The position numbers and the translations under genes were made by a program. From Actinomycetes bacterium (GTDB lineage: Bacteria; Actinomycetota; Actinomycetes; S36-B12; GCA-2699445), in NCBI GenBank assembly GCA_022599915.1, contig JAHZLH010000026.1, positions 88,201 to 152,200 of the forward strand: 64,000 nucleotides of DNA. The letters are read 5' to 3'. The notes beneath the pieces were generated by a model, which was given only the letters and a program-made list of their open reading frames with translations, did no database searches and was not told where the DNA came from. Of this stretch, positions 50,054 to 61,622 are shown one piece after another (positions within the stretch are counted from its first letter, which is position 1; the number at the start of each line of letters is the position of its first letter).

Positions 50054-50626
50054 CTAGTAAACCGGTTTGGTCGGATCCAGCAGATCCTGAATCATCGGTG
50101 CATATATCCGCACTACCTCGTCCTCGGAAGCCGAGGCCAGTGGCTCAAGTCGGATCACGTAGCGAGTCGCAGCCAGCCCGATCAAGTGACTAGAAATCAG
50201 CGACGCTCGCATGCGCGCGTCGGGAATCCCGACTACACCGGCGATTCGATCGACGACAGCTTCCTCCAGGAAGTCCTGCACTGACTGGGCTGCCCGACCC
50301 GCTGCCGCGCCCGCGGTGAAGAGTTCAATGATCTGCTCTCGGCTCTCATCGTCCTTCAGGACTTCGAATGTTCCTCGCACCAGCCGTTCGCCCATGCCGT
50401 CCAGACCGGGACTGATCAACTCTGGAACCGCGCTGGAGGGGTCAAACGGCAGTTTCATTGCGGCCGAAAACATTTGCTCTTTGTTGTCGTAGTACTTGCG
50501 TAGTACCGACGGCGCAATACCGGCGGCGGCAGCCACCCCCTTCATGGTGGTACGGGCATAGCCCTTGGAGTTGAACGCCACTCGAGCGGCATCTAGCACT
50601 GCATCAGAAACATCTTCGTTGGCCAC
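50054..50626 (-). CDS. TetR family transcriptional regulator
   Basis: N-terminal helix-turn-helix FNSKGYARTTMKGVAAAAGIAPSVLRKYY. Confidence 0.85.
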   Translation of the reverse strand: MANEDVSDAVLDAARVAFNSKGYARTTMKGVAAAAGIAPSVLRKYYDNKEQMFSAAMKLPFDPSSAVPELISPGLDGMGERLVRGTFEVLKDDESREQIIELFTAGAAAGRAAQSVQDFLEEAVVDRIAGVVGIPDARMRASLISSHLIGLAATRYVIRLEPLASASEDEVVRIYAPMIQDLLDPTKPVY

Positions 50627-50630
50627 AGCC

Positions 50631-51521
50631 CTAGCCTAGAGAAGAGTTGGGCTCAACGCGTCCTGTTCGCCGCTCAGCCACTGAAACCGCCATATGTAGT
50701 CGGGCATAGGCCAACGCTTCAGCGAGATCCGCCTCTCGTTCGGCGCGAGAGGATGCCTTGCGCGTCGATACTTCCACTACGACCACACCGTCGAAGTGTC
50801 GTCGGGCAAGCAGCTCCAGTAGCTGATCCGCTGGCTGACTTCCGCGACCCGGTATCAGGTGCTCATCCCGGGCGGACCCGGAACCATCCGCCAGATGAAT
50901 GTGCGCTAACCGGTCACCAAGATCTTCGGCGACCCGAAGCGGGTCCGAGCCGGAAACGGCGGTGTGAGACAAATCGAGCGTGCAGTGCGGATAGTCCGCC
51001 AGCCGAACATCCCAACCCGGAGCATAGGCAGCTACTTCGCGCGAGCGAGCTCGCCAGGGATACATGTTCTCGACCGCGAACCGAATATCTGTCTCTTCAC
51101 CCATTCGGTTGAGACCCACAACGAAGTCACGGGCGTAGTCGCGCTGCCACCTAAATGGCGGGTGGACTACCACTGTTTTGGCGCCCAGAGTTTCAGCCGC
51201 TCGTCGCGCGCGGACCAACTTTCCCCAAGGATCGGTGCCCCACACCCGCTGGGTAACCAAGAGACATGGGGCGTGGACAGCCAGGATGGGCATGGCGTAG
51301 TGATCAGAGAGTCGTCGTAGTGCATCTGGATCTTGGCTGACCTGATCGGTCATCACCATGACCTCGATACCGTCGTAGCCCAGTCGACTGGCGATCTCAA
51401 ACGCAGCAGCCGTCGATTCCGGGTACACCGATGCAGTGGACAGCGCGACCTTGGCGTTCGGGATTCTGACAGCAGGTTCTGAACTCCCGGCCTGGGCCCC
51501 TCGGCGAGAACTGCGACTCAT
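50631..51521 (-). CDS. Sugar phosphate isomerase/epimerase (xylose isomerase-like TIM barrel)
   Basis: AP endonuclease 2 / TIM-barrel family pattern (GYDGIEV, VHPP, HIHLAD). Confidence 0.75.
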   Translation of the reverse strand: MSRSSRRGAQAGSSEPAVRIPNAKVALSTASVYPESTAAAFEIASRLGYDGIEVMVMTDQVSQDPDALRRLSDHYAMPILAVHAPCLLVTQRVWGTDPWGKLVRARRAAETLGAKTVVVHPPFRWQRDYARDFVVGLNRMGEETDIRFAVENMYPWRARSREVAAYAPGWDVRLADYPHCTLDLSHTAVSGSDPLRVAEDLGDRLAHIHLADGSGSARDEHLIPGRGSQPADQLLELLARRHFDGVVVVEVSTRKASSRAEREADLAEALAYARLHMAVSVAERRTGRVEPNSSLG

Positions 51522-53878
51522 GAGGCTCTCACCCGGTCAATGATAGGAGAGACCAGCAAAATGACGGCAGCGCCGAGGCCACCGGCCATCAGAGCCAGCG
51601 ACAAACCATGCGGGTCTTCGATCTCCATAGCAAAGAATTGTGACAGAGCCGGGACCACAAGCACAGCCAGGAACAGAGCTGCCATGCCAGCAACCACCGC
51701 CAGTCGCAATGAAGTCAGTGGCCGCGCTGACCGCAGCAGCACAGCGAGCGCCACTAAGAACAGCGTGATGGTGGTGTAGGTGCGTGCTTCCACCTCGTCG
51801 TAGCGATCACTGGCGATGAGGTAGGTCGTAAAGGCACATACTGCGGTGATCAACCCCGCTGGCACGGCAAACAGCAGCACTCGGCGAAAGAAGCCGGGGC
51901 GGAATCGATCACTGTTGGGCATCAGCGCCAAGAAGAACCCGGGGATACCAATGGTCAGCGCAGCTACGAGTGTCAGTTGTCGGGGAAGGAACGGGAAGGC
52001 GACCCCGAATAGCCCAGTCGCCAGCGATATCGACATCGCATAAATGGACTTGGTGAGGAATACGTCAGAGACGCGCTCGATGTTGCCGAGCACGCGGCGA
52101 CCCTCGTAGACGATGTCCGGCAGCGTTGACCACTTGTTGTTCAACAGGACGATCTGCGCGACTGCGCGACTGGCCGGTGCACCTGATCCCATCGCAATGC
52201 CCAAGTCGGCACGTTTGAGCGCCAGCACGTCATTGACCCCGTCTCCGGTCATGGTGACGGTATGGCCGTTTTCTTGCAGTGCTCCGACCATCGACTGCTT
52301 CTGCTCTGGCGATACTCGCCCAAAGACCGAGTGTCGATCCATCGCTTCAGCGAGTTCATCGGGAGCGTCCGGCAAGGCGCGGGCGTCCGCCGGATCTTCA
52401 GCTCCGGCCACTCCAGCCCGTTCCGCGATTGCGCCGACGGTCGCTGCGTTATCACCGGAAATCACCTTCACCGCAACATCCTGCTCGTCGAAGAAGGCCA
52501 CCGTCTCAGCTGCATCGGCGCGGAGGACTTGGTCGATAACGACAATCGCAGCCGCAGTCATCGCCGGCAGGTCACCATCCGCGGTCACTGGGGCGCTGAG
52601 TTCTGCGAGGAGAAGCACTCGCGAGCCAGCTGCGGCTTCTCGCTCTGCCGCTGACCACCAATCCGTTGTGGAGAGATCGGCAACCAGCACTTCTGGTGCC
52701 CCAATCACAAACTGACCATGCTCAGCGAACGAAGCGGCTGACCACTTGCGGGCAGAGGAGAATGGCACCGCATCCTGTACCTGCCAGCCAGGGTCAGGGC
52801 AGGCAGCACGCACCGCATCCATGGTCGGATTAGGTCGCGGGTCGCTTGCGGCGACGGCGCCCAAGACGGCTCGAATCGCATCCGGTGATTGGCCCATCAG
52901 CGGCGAAATCAACCGCAGCGCCATCCCAGGATCGGTGAGGGTACCGGTTTTGTCTACGCACACCACATCCGTTCGCGCCAGCGCCTCAACCGCTGGCATC
53001 TCCTGCACGAGCGCCTTGCGCTGTGCTAGCCGCACCACCGCCACCGCCATCGCGATACTGGTCAACAGCACCAGACCTTCCGGAATCATCGTGACCATGC
53101 CTGCGATGGAGCCTCGAATCGCATCGGGCAAATCCTGATCAGCCCGAAGCTGACTAATCACCAACAACACCCCGATCGGCACGATCAGGTAGGAAACAAA
53201 CCGTACGAACTTTGCCACCGAGTCGCGCAATTCCGAGTTAGTCGGTGAAAATTGTTTCGCTGCGGCGGTGAGTCCGGCGGCGAAGGAATCAGGACCGACC
53301 CGGTGCGCCACCATGACACCAGCGCCAGCCACGACGAACGATCCGCTCATCGCCTCGTCGCCAACCGATTTATGAACGGGATCAGCTTCGCCAGTCAGCA
53401 AGCTCTCGTCAATCTCGAGCCCGGTGCTGGTGAGCACCTCGCCGTCCACCACAATCTGATCACCTGCCGATAGCACCACGACGTCGTCCCGCACCACCTC
53501 TTCGATGGCAATCGACTCGGTACTGCCGTTACGCACGACGGTGGGACGCACTGAACCCAGCACAGTTAACTTCGCCAGCTCCCGCGAGGCTCGGTACTCC
53601 TGAATGATGCCGATGCCGGTGTTGAACACGATTACCAAGCCGAAAAGTGCATCTTGGGGTGGCGCCACCCACATCATGATCAGCCACAACGTACCGATCA
53701 GCCCGTTGAACCACGTAAAGGTATTGGCCTTGACGATGTCACCCAGACTTCGGCTGCGAGCATCGGGCGCCACATTCATCAGCCCGGCCGCGACTCGCTC
53801 GGCGACCTGAGTATCGGTCAGCCCTTCGCTGGGATCCGTTCTGACAGAAGCGAGCAGATCCCCACCCGACAACTTCAC
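51518..53878 (-). CDS. Cation-translocating P-type ATPase (type II-like, CtpE-like)
   Basis: Motifs [31 protein letters not shown] and PEGL in TM4. 786 aa. Confidence 0.9.
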   Translation of the reverse strand: MKLSGGDLLASVRTDPSEGLTDTQVAERVAAGLMNVAPDARSRSLGDIVKANTFTWFNGLIGTLWLIMMWVAPPQDALFGLVIVFNTGIGIIQEYRASRELAKLTVLGSVRPTVVRNGSTESIAIEEVVRDDVVVLSAGDQIVVDGEVLTSTGLEIDESLLTGEADPVHKSVGDEAMSGSFVVAGAGVMVAHRVGPDSFAAGLTAAAKQFSPTNSELRDSVAKFVRFVSYLIVPIGVLLVISQLRADQDLPDAIRGSIAGMVTMIPEGLVLLTSIAMAVAVVRLAQRKALVQEMPAVEALARTDVVCVDKTGTLTDPGMALRLISPLMGQSPDAIRAVLGAVAASDPRPNPTMDAVRAACPDPGWQVQDAVPFSSARKWSAASFAEHGQFVIGAPEVLVADLSTTDWWSAAEREAAAGSRVLLLAELSAPVTADGDLPAMTAAAIVVIDQVLRADAAETVAFFDEQDVAVKVISGDNAATVGAIAERAGVAGAEDPADARALPDAPDELAEAMDRHSVFGRVSPEQKQSMVGALQENGHTVTMTGDGVNDVLALKRADLGIAMGSGAPASRAVAQIVLLNNKWSTLPDIVYEGRRVLGNIERVSDVFLTKSIYAMSISLATGLFGVAFPFLPRQLTLVAALTIGIPGFFLALMPNSDRFRPGFFRRVLLFAVPAGLITAVCAFTTYLIASDRYDEVEARTYTTITLFLVALAVLLRSARPLTSLRLAVVAGMAALFLAVLVVPALSQFFAMEIEDPHGLSLALMAGGLGAAVILLVSPIIDRVRAS

Positions 53879-54822
53879 TGGCTGATCCCGTCCAGCCGAC
53901 GCAAGATCACGCCTTCGCGCAGCGCCCAGGGACAGATCTCTACCTGTTCAACCCCCAGCAGTTCCATAGCGGCTTCGGCAACGAGCGCGCCAGCCACGAG
54001 TTGTCCTGCTCTGCCGGCGGAGACTCCAGGCAGCTCAGAACGCTCAGCGGCGGACATCTCCGCCAGTTGGGGCAGCCACTTGGACAAATCCGCCAACCGC
54101 AGCGACCGAGGTATGAGCGGACCTTCACCGGAGGGCGGGGCACCGGCGATCCGGGCCAACTGCCGGAAAGTCTTGGAGGTGGCGACCGTACGCTCGGGGC
54201 TTCCGGAGCGCTGAACGAGAGCCAGTTGCTCCGCAATCTCAATGCGGATGTATTTGCGGAGTTCTCGAAGTTCTTTGGATTTCGGTGGATCGTGCGTCAA
54301 CCATTTCCGAGTGAGCCGACCAGCACCGAGTGGCACCGATACCGCTTGATCAGGCTCTTCATCGGCACCCACCGCAATCTCCAGACTGCCACCACCGATA
54401 TCCAAGACCAGTAGTCGCCCTGACGACCAACCAAACCACCGTCGTACCGCCAGGAAGGTCAGCCGCGCTTCGTCGGGACCGGAGAGTACCGCGATATCGA
54501 TATCGGTCTGTTCTTGCACCCGTCGTAGCACTTCGTCCCCGTTGCCGGACTCCCTGATGGCCGAGGTTGCGAAGGCGAGTACCTCGGTGACCCCCAGGTC
54601 CTCAGCCACCTGGCGAGAATCGATCAGGAACTCTGCCAGCGTGCGTTCCGCTACCTCGTCGACGTTTCCATCAGCATCGATGTGCTCAGCCAGCCGAAGT
54701 TCGATCTTGTTGGAGTGCGCGGGGACCGGGGCCGCACCGTAATAGGCGTCCACCACGAGCAAATGCACGGTGTTAGAACCAATGTCGAGGACGCCCAAGC
54801 GCATAGCACGACGGTACGCCAT
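53875..54822 (-). CDS. Ppx/GppA family phosphatase
   Basis: ASKHA fold motifs [15 protein letters not shown] and [11 protein letters not shown]. Confidence 0.85.
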   Translation of the reverse strand: MAYRRAMRLGVLDIGSNTVHLLVVDAYYGAAPVPAHSNKIELRLAEHIDADGNVDEVAERTLAEFLIDSRQVAEDLGVTEVLAFATSAIRESGNGDEVLRRVQEQTDIDIAVLSGPDEARLTFLAVRRWFGWSSGRLLVLDIGGGSLEIAVGADEEPDQAVSVPLGAGRLTRKWLTHDPPKSKELRELRKYIRIEIAEQLALVQRSGSPERTVATSKTFRQLARIAGAPPSGEGPLIPRSLRLADLSKWLPQLAEMSAAERSELPGVSAGRAGQLVAGALVAEAAMELLGVEQVEICPWALREGVILRRLDGISQ

Positions 54823-54835
54823 CTAGGCTGGTGAC

Positions 54836-55612
54836 GTGGATGAGGACCTAGAGCCGTTCCCCCGAGCTTGGATTGAGTTCGAAGACCCGGATAACTCTGA
54901 CCAGATCGTTCGAGCCGATCTCACCTGGCTCACCTCTAGTTACACCTGTATCTACGGTCGCGGCTGTCAAAGCATCGACGCCAGTATCCCGTACGGCGGT
55001 TGCTGCACTCACGGGGCGCACTTTGCCGGCAAAGCAGACCGACGGCGGGTGACGAATGCAGTCGCGCAGCTGACGCCCGCAGAGTGGCAGCGGCATCCCG
55101 GTGGCGACAAAATCCGCAAACGCGATTGGCTCACCCAGGATGATGACGGCGAGCACAAAACCCAGGTAACAGGCGGGGCTTGCGTTTTCCTGAACGATCC
55201 CGAGTTTCCACGTGGCGCAGGCTGTGCACTGCATGTGCTGGCAGAGCGTCTGGGCGAATCCCATGTCACCACTAAGCCCGATGTGTGCTGGCAACTGCCG
55301 ATCAGGCGTGACTATGAAAATCGGGAGACTGCCGACGGTGATCAGAAACTCGTGGTCGTGATCACGGAGTACACCCGCGCGATGTGGGGACCCGGTGGGC
55401 ACGAATTTGATTGGTACTGCACGAATGAGCCCGCAGCCCATGTCGGCTCGGATCCGCTTTACCTCAGCAGTGCCGATGAGTTGCGGGAACTTCTCGGTGC
55501 TGCTGCCTATCAGGAGTTGTGCCGACATTGCGAGGCGTTTGACGCGGCTCGGGCTGCGTTGCGCATCGAGCCGGTGGGTCCACAACTAGCTGGGCACCCC
55601 GCAGATCAGTAA
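54836..55612 (+). CDS. Cys-rich DUF3027-like protein
   Basis: Conserved Cys pattern (YTCIYGRGCQ, GGCCTHGAHF, GGACVFL, CALH). Family assignment is from memory. Confidence 0.6.
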   Translation: MDEDLEPFPRAWIEFEDPDNSDQIVRADLTWLTSSYTCIYGRGCQSIDASIPYGGCCTHGAHFAGKADRRRVTNAVAQLTPAEWQRHPGGDKIRKRDWLTQDDDGEHKTQVTGGACVFLNDPEFPRGAGCALHVLAERLGESHVTTKPDVCWQLPIRRDYENRETADGDQKLVVVITEYTRAMWGPGGHEFDWYCTNEPAAHVGSDPLYLSSADELRELLGAAAYQELCRHCEAFDAARAALRIEPVGPQLAGHPADQ

Positions 55613-55729
55613 CCATCACCGTATTGGCGGGCAGCCAGTGATCCGGCCCGCTGCAACTGCGACATTTCTGTAACCCGGCACGCCCAACCCGCGGCAGGGA
55701 CCGGAACTCGCGAGGGTTACCGTTGTTGC

Positions 55730-56341
55730 GTGAGTTCAGTGATGAATCCGGTCGGGCCGGAGGAACCGAAGATTTACTGGCGGCGGCGGGCAGTTGTGGT
55801 GGGGGCGGTGCTGGTAATGCTGCTGCTGTTGTTCCTGATTTTCGGCGGTTGCGATAACGGCGAGGAAACAACGGATCCGGTGGCATCTGAGCAGCCGACT
55901 GCTGAACCGACACCGGATACGTCTGAATCGCCAGCAGCCGATGCTGGCAGCTGCCTCGATGAGGACATCAAGGTGACCGTGGAGCCGGATTCGGCCACTT
56001 ACCCCGCTGGAACCATTCCGGAGATCACGCTCGCCATTCAAAATATTGGCACCGAAGCCTGCAGCCGAGATATCGGTGCGGATGCGAACAGCATCGAAAT
56101 CTCGTCGGGTGGGGTCCGGGTATGGTCCAGTGATGACTGCGAGGACGTCGGCGGTCAAGATGTACAGGTGCTGGATTCACAAGCAGTCGCCTCGGTGACT
56201 ATCCCCTGGCCACGCACGATCAGCGGCAAGGGCTGCCCCGTGCCGCCAGCAGAGCAACCTGCTGCCCAACCTGGCGCTTACGACGCGGTGGGCAAGAATC
56301 TCGACGTCAAGAGCAGCAAAGCATCCTTCACCCTCGAGTAG
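55730..56341 (+). CDS. Membrane-anchored or secreted DUF4232-like protein
   Basis: N-terminal TM segment, low-complexity linker, then an Ig-like domain with paired Cys residues. Start uncertain. Confidence 0.55.
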   Translation: MSSVMNPVGPEEPKIYWRRRAVVVGAVLVMLLLLFLIFGGCDNGEETTDPVASEQPTAEPTPDTSESPAADAGSCLDEDIKVTVEPDSATYPAGTIPEITLAIQNIGTEACSRDIGADANSIEISSGGVRVWSSDDCEDVGGQDVQVLDSQAVASVTIPWPRTISGKGCPVPPAEQPAAQPGAYDAVGKNLDVKSSKASFTLE

Positions 56342-56465
56342 CAATACTGGGCTGGGCACACTCAGCTCGATCGCTGCGGCGACCAAGCTGATCTGGCTGC
56401 CGCTCACTCGCCCTGCCGGAGGGTGGCGGTAGATTCCTGCTACGAGGTGAGAGGAGGCTAGTCGA

Positions 56466-57905
56466 ATGGCCCGGTCCAACGGCTATGAATGTAGCGAATG
56501 TGGCGTCTCTTTCCCACGCTGGCTGGGCCGTTGCACCAGTTGCGGCGAATACGGATCAGTGGGCGAATCAAAGCCGGCAGCCCGAGAGCGGCAACAATCG
56601 GGGCTCAGCGCATCACTACGACCGGTGAAGCCGGAGCGACCTGCTCAAACCGCTGCAGAGGTGTTGGCTAGTTCTCACGGCAATCCCGCTCGCATCGCTA
56701 CGGGTTTACCGGAACTAGACCGCATCCTGGGCGGAGGGCTTGTTGTCGGCTCGGCCTCGCTTATCGCTGGCCAGCCCGGGGTCGGCAAGTCCACGTTATT
56801 GATCATGGTGGCGAACGCGATCGCCGCCAATCAGCAGCGTCCAGTGCTTTATGCCAGCGCTGAGGAGTCGGTCAGTCAACTGGCGCTGCGAGCTCGCCGG
56901 GTGGGCGCGAACAGCGAGTTTCTTCATCTCGCCGATGACACCGACCTAGCCGCCATCCTCGGGCAGATTGAAGTACTCGATGACCCCGCACTCGTCATCG
57001 TTGACTCGGTGCAGACCGTGGCGTCCGCCGAGGTCACCGGCAGAGCGGGTGGCGTTGCCCAAGTGAATGAGGTCTCGACAGCACTCACCAGGGTGGCGAA
57101 GCAGCAAAGCACTTGTCTGATTTTGGTCGGTCAAGTCATCAAGCAGAACGACGCGATCGGTGGCCCCCGGCAACTGGAACATCTGGTCGATACCGTGCTG
57201 ATGTTTACCGGCGATTCGCGCAGCACACTGCGGCTGCTGCGAGTCCAGAAAAGCCGGTATGCCCCGGCGGATGAGCTGGCGGTTTACGAACATACCGAGT
57301 CAGGGCTACGTGAAGTGCCCGATCCCTCCGCGCTATTCCGGGCGCAACGTGACACCCCCGTACCGGGTGCGGCACTCACCGTGGCCGTCGAGGGCCGGCG
57401 AGCTCTCTTGGTGGAAGTCCAGGCGCTAGCGGCAGCATCCACCAGCCCGAATCCGCGACGGGGAACTACCGGTTTGGACTCTGCCCGGGTAGCAATGTTG
57501 GGTGCGGTCGTGGAGAGACACTGTGGTCTGCGGATCGGCGAACGCGACCTGTTCACCGGCACCGTGGGCGGAATCCGCTGCCCCGATCCTGCCGCTGATC
57601 TGGCTATCGCACTGGCAGTCGTTACTGCCATCACAGCTGAACCGCTGCCGCTCGATGTTGCTGTGATCGGCGAGGTCACCCTCAGCGGGGACATCCGATC
57701 CAGCCCGATGCTGGCCGCGAGGATCAGCGAAGCAGTCCGGCAAGGTTGTCGAGTGGTTGTTGCGCCGCGGGGAGCGAAAGAAGCCGCGGCGACCCTCCCC
57801 GAGGGCGTCCAGATTATCGAGGTGCAGACGGTACAGGAGGCGACTGCGGCACTTCCCGGACTGCATCGGCAAGCGAGTAGCTCGACAGACACTATTCGAA
57901 TCTGA
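56466..57905 (+). CDS. radA: DNA repair protein RadA (Sms)
   Basis: Zn finger CSECGVSFPRWLGRCTSCGE, Walker A GQPGVGKST and a Lon-like C-terminal domain. The KNRFG motif reads KSRYA here. Confidence 0.85.
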   Translation: MARSNGYECSECGVSFPRWLGRCTSCGEYGSVGESKPAARERQQSGLSASLRPVKPERPAQTAAEVLASSHGNPARIATGLPELDRILGGGLVVGSASLIAGQPGVGKSTLLIMVANAIAANQQRPVLYASAEESVSQLALRARRVGANSEFLHLADDTDLAAILGQIEVLDDPALVIVDSVQTVASAEVTGRAGGVAQVNEVSTALTRVAKQQSTCLILVGQVIKQNDAIGGPRQLEHLVDTVLMFTGDSRSTLRLLRVQKSRYAPADELAVYEHTESGLREVPDPSALFRAQRDTPVPGAALTVAVEGRRALLVEVQALAAASTSPNPRRGTTGLDSARVAMLGAVVERHCGLRIGERDLFTGTVGGIRCPDPAADLAIALAVVTAITAEPLPLDVAVIGEVTLSGDIRSSPMLAARISEAVRQGCRVVVAPRGAKEAAATLPEGVQIIEVQTVQEATAALPGLHRQASSSTDTIRI

Positions 57906-57978
57906 GAAGTCCGGCGCCCGGCTGCCACCAAGTCTGGCCACCTGATGCAGCAGAACTTCGACTACCGATAATGGCTAG

Positions 57979-58854
57979 GTGGAAATTCTGACCAGCTGGT
58001 TCGCCGAGTATCAGCGAGCTCTTCCCTGGCGCAACCCACCTCGAGATCCCTGGGCGGTCCTCGTCAGTGAAGTGATGCTGCAACAGACTCCAGTGAATCG
58101 GGTGCTGCCGGCCTGGCAGAAGTGGCTAGCGAGATGGCCTACTCCGAGTGATTTGGCGAGTGAACCCGCTGGGGAGGCCGTCGTGATGTGGGGTCGGTTG
58201 GGATACCCTCGCCGAGCCCTGCGCTTGCACGCGGCAGCTACGGAGATCCGGGACCGGCACCAAGGCGTGCTACCAACCGACCATGCAACGTTGCTGTCCT
58301 TACCCGGGGTCGGGGACTATACCGCGGCGGCGATCATCGCTTTCGCCTATCGGCGTCGAATAGCGGTGCTTGATACCAATGTTCGGCGAGTGCTTGCTCG
58401 CGTTTGGCACGGTCGCGCTTATCCCAAGACTGGATCAGCCACTCAAGCCGAGCGCGACGAACTTTCAGCCGCCCTGCCGCCGTCCGGGGAAGCAGCCGCC
58501 GTACTTAGTGAAGCAATCATGGAGTTGGGGGCACTTGTCTGCACCGCCCGCAACCCTGCTTGCGAGGAGTGCCCGCTGAACCGTTCGTGTGCCTGGTTCG
58601 CCGCCGGTCGCCCGGAGAACGCGGCGCCACCCACTCGGCAAGCACCCTTTGCCGGTAGCGATCGCGAAGTGCGCGGACGCATCTTGCAACTAGTCCGCAG
58701 CACTCCAGCAGGAGTCTTGCAGGCAGAGATCGACTTGGTGTGGCCGAACGCTACACAACTCAAGCGAGCACAAGCGTCGCTGCTGGCAGACGGCCTACTT
58801 GTCACCGACACTGCTGGGCGACACGCGCTCCCGGGGGCTGGATCAGCTCGCTGA
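57979..58854 (+). CDS. mutY: A/G-specific adenine glycosylase (MutY family)
   Basis: HhH motif LPGVGDYTAAAI. 4Fe-4S loop CTARNPACEECPLNRSC. Confidence 0.85.
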   Translation: MEILTSWFAEYQRALPWRNPPRDPWAVLVSEVMLQQTPVNRVLPAWQKWLARWPTPSDLASEPAGEAVVMWGRLGYPRRALRLHAAATEIRDRHQGVLPTDHATLLSLPGVGDYTAAAIIAFAYRRRIAVLDTNVRRVLARVWHGRAYPKTGSATQAERDELSAALPPSGEAAAVLSEAIMELGALVCTARNPACEECPLNRSCAWFAAGRPENAAPPTRQAPFAGSDREVRGRILQLVRSTPAGVLQAEIDLVWPNATQLKRAQASLLADGLLVTDTAGRHALPGAGSAR

Positions 58855-58885
58855 CAGCGCTCTGGCCGAGTTCGTCGCCCAAACC

Positions 58886-61378
58886 CTAGTCAGACTCAGC
58901 AGCCTCCACCGGCGGTACATCCGGCAGATCCGCTTTGGGCTGTGACGTGAAAGTGAAGTCCGCGTCTTTGCCTTCGCCCTCGACGTCCACCACGATGATG
59001 CTGTGCGGCGGGATTTCGCCAAACAGAATCTTCTCGCTTAGTACATCTTCGATCTCATTCTGGATCGTTCGCCGTAGCGGTCGGGCCCCCATGACCGGGT
59101 CGTAACCGTGCTCGGCAAGCAGTTCCTTGGCTGGAGTCGTGAACTCCACACTCAAGTCCCGCTCAGCAAGCCGCTCATCCAACCGAGCTGCCATCAGATC
59201 GACGATCGAAATGATCTCGGCCCGAGCGAGCTGATGGAAGACAATCACGTCGTCGATCCGATTAAGGAACTCCGGCCGGAAGTTCTGTTTCAACTCCGTC
59301 TGTACTTTGCTCTTCATCCGCTCGTAGGCATCCGCATCATCATCCACCGGAGCGAAGCCGAGCGTCTTGGAGACATCTCGACTGCCTAGGTTCGTGGTCA
59401 TGATGATCACAGTGTTCTTGAAGTCAACCGCTCGGCCTTGCGCATCGGTTAGTCGGCCTTCTTCCAGCACCTGCAGCAACGAGTTAAAGATATCCGGGTG
59501 GGCCTTTTCGATCTCGTCAAAGAGGACTACTGAGAACGGCTTCCGACGTACCTTCTCAGTGAGCTGACCACCCTCTTCGTAGCCCACATAGCCAGGAGGG
59601 GAACCGAACAGCCGCGAAGCGGTGTGCTTCTCGGAGTATTCACTCATATCCAGCGCGATCAGCGAATCTTCATCACCAAACAGGAATTCAGCCAGCGTCT
59701 TACTCAGCTCAGTCTTGCCGACACCCGAGGGGCCAGCAAAGATAAAGGAACCTGACGGACGCTTCGGATCTTTCAAACCCGCTCGCGTTCGGCGCATGGA
59801 CTTGGACAGCGCTTTGATTGCTTGCTCCTGACCAATGACGCGACGGTGCAGTTCTTCCTCCATCCGAAGCAGCCGCTGCGTGTCATCCTCAGATAGATCA
59901 GTGACCGGGATGCCGGTCATCAGCGCCAGCACCTCGGCAATCAGCTTCTCATCTACCTCAGCAACAACGTCCATGTCGCCGGCTTTCCACTCCCGTTCGC
60001 GAGTAGCTTTTTCGCCTATCAGCTGCTTCTCCCGATCGCGAAGGTTGGCGGCCTTCTCGAAGTCTTGGGCATCGATCGCTGATTCCTTCTCCTTGCGAAC
60101 CTCCGCGATCCGATCGTCAAACTCCCGAAGGTCCGGCGGGGCGGTCATCCGGCGAATTCGCAGTCGCGAACCAGCTTCGTCAATGAGATCAATCGCCTTG
60201 TCCGGCAGCTGACGATCACTGATATAGCGGTCCGACAGCCGAGCGGCGGCCTTGAGCGCTTCATCGGTGATGGTCACCTTGTGGTGGCTCTCGTAGCGAT
60301 CACGCAGCCCCTTGAGGATGGCGAAGGTCAAGTCGACGTCTGGTGCGGGCACCTGAATCGGGGCAAATCTGCGCTCTAGGGCCGCATCTTTCTCGACGTA
60401 CTTGCGGTATTCGTCCAGTGTGGTCGCTCCGATGGTTTGCAGTTCCCCACGCGCGAGCATTGGCTTAAGAATGCTCGCGGCGTCGATAGCGCCCTCCGCG
60501 GCACCGGCACCTACCAGCGTGTGCATCTCGTCAATGAACAAGATGATGTCGCCTCGGGTCTTGATCTCCTTCAAAACTTTCTTGAGCCGCTCCTCGAAAT
60601 CACCGCGGTAACGACTCCCGGCGACGAGTGCACCCAAATCGAGCGTGTATAGGTGCTTGTCGCGCAGCGTATCCGGGACTTCGCCGTCAATGATTTGCTG
60701 AGCCAGTGACTCCACCACAGCGGTCTTGCCGACTCCCGGCTCCCCGATCAGCACCGGATTGTTCTTGGTGCGACGGGATAGCACCTGCATGACCCGCTCA
60801 ATTTCCTTTTCGCGGCCGATCACCGGGTCTAGCTCGCCTTCCCGCGCTGCCTGGGTCAAGTTTCGGCCGAACTGGTCAAGCACCAGCGAACCCGAAGGCG
60901 TTCCCTCCTGCGGGCCGCCGGAAGTAGCGGGTTCCTTACCTTGGTATCCGGACAGCAACTGGATCACTTGCTGACGCACTCGACCGAGGTCGGCGCCAAG
61001 TTTGACCAACACCTGGGCAGCGACGCCCTCCCCCTCACGAATCAGCCCCAGCAGTATGTGCTCCGTACCGATGTAGTTGTGCCCCAACTGCAGCGCTTCT
61101 CGCAACGACAGCTCGAGCACCTTCTTGGCTCTGGGGGTGAACGGTATGTGCCCACTAGGAGCCTGCTGCCCTTGGCCGATAATCTCCTCGACCTGGGACC
61201 GCACTGCCTCGAGCGAGATTCCCAGACTCTCCAGCGCTTTGGCTGCCACACCTTCGCCCTCATGGATCAGCCCGAGCAGAATGTGCTCGGTACCGATGTA
61301 GTTGTGGTTCAACATGCGAGCTTCTTCTTGCGCTAGCACCACAACTCGCCGCGCTCGGTCTGTAAACCGTTCGAACAT
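58886..61378 (-). CDS. clpC: ATP-dependent Clp protease ATP-binding subunit ClpC
   Basis: Duplicated Clp_N repeat ([13 protein letters not shown], twice). Two AAA+ modules ([16 protein letters not shown]). UVR-like linker. Confidence 0.95.
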   Translation of the reverse strand: MFERFTDRARRVVVLAQEEARMLNHNYIGTEHILLGLIHEGEGVAAKALESLGISLEAVRSQVEEIIGQGQQAPSGHIPFTPRAKKVLELSLREALQLGHNYIGTEHILLGLIREGEGVAAQVLVKLGADLGRVRQQVIQLLSGYQGKEPATSGGPQEGTPSGSLVLDQFGRNLTQAAREGELDPVIGREKEIERVMQVLSRRTKNNPVLIGEPGVGKTAVVESLAQQIIDGEVPDTLRDKHLYTLDLGALVAGSRYRGDFEERLKKVLKEIKTRGDIILFIDEMHTLVGAGAAEGAIDAASILKPMLARGELQTIGATTLDEYRKYVEKDAALERRFAPIQVPAPDVDLTFAILKGLRDRYESHHKVTITDEALKAAARLSDRYISDRQLPDKAIDLIDEAGSRLRIRRMTAPPDLREFDDRIAEVRKEKESAIDAQDFEKAANLRDREKQLIGEKATREREWKAGDMDVVAEVDEKLIAEVLALMTGIPVTDLSEDDTQRLLRMEEELHRRVIGQEQAIKALSKSMRRTRAGLKDPKRPSGSFIFAGPSGVGKTELSKTLAEFLFGDEDSLIALDMSEYSEKHTASRLFGSPPGYVGYEEGGQLTEKVRRKPFSVVLFDEIEKAHPDIFNSLLQVLEEGRLTDAQGRAVDFKNTVIIMTTNLGSRDVSKTLGFAPVDDDADAYERMKSKVQTELKQNFRPEFLNRIDDVIVFHQLARAEIISIVDLMAARLDERLAERDLSVEFTTPAKELLAEHGYDPVMGARPLRRTIQNEIEDVLSEKILFGEIPPHSIIVVDVEGEGKDADFTFTSQPKADLPDVPPVEAAESD

Positions 61379-61622
61379 CGTGCACTCTCCCGTCCACAGC
61401 TTTCGCCGACTCTTGGATGCTAACGCTGGTAGCTACTGCCGCGTTCCGCTCAGACCCGGAATTGACTACGCCCAGCGAGAACATCGACCGCCAACCGCAC
61501 ATCCACTCGCAGTCCCGTTGGCCCGATTGGAGGATTTTTCACACCACCACCGCTGGGCGCGGGGGTCTCGCCGAGCGTCGTTGTTCTCAACCGGCAACCA
61601 TTCGTATGAGTCGGGAGGCACG

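Noticed and set aside
61040-61310. Internal DNA repeat of about 50 nt near the 5' end of clpC
   Set aside because: It is explained by the duplicated Clp_N (R) domain, with [13 protein letters not shown] occurring twice. This is a known feature of ClpC.
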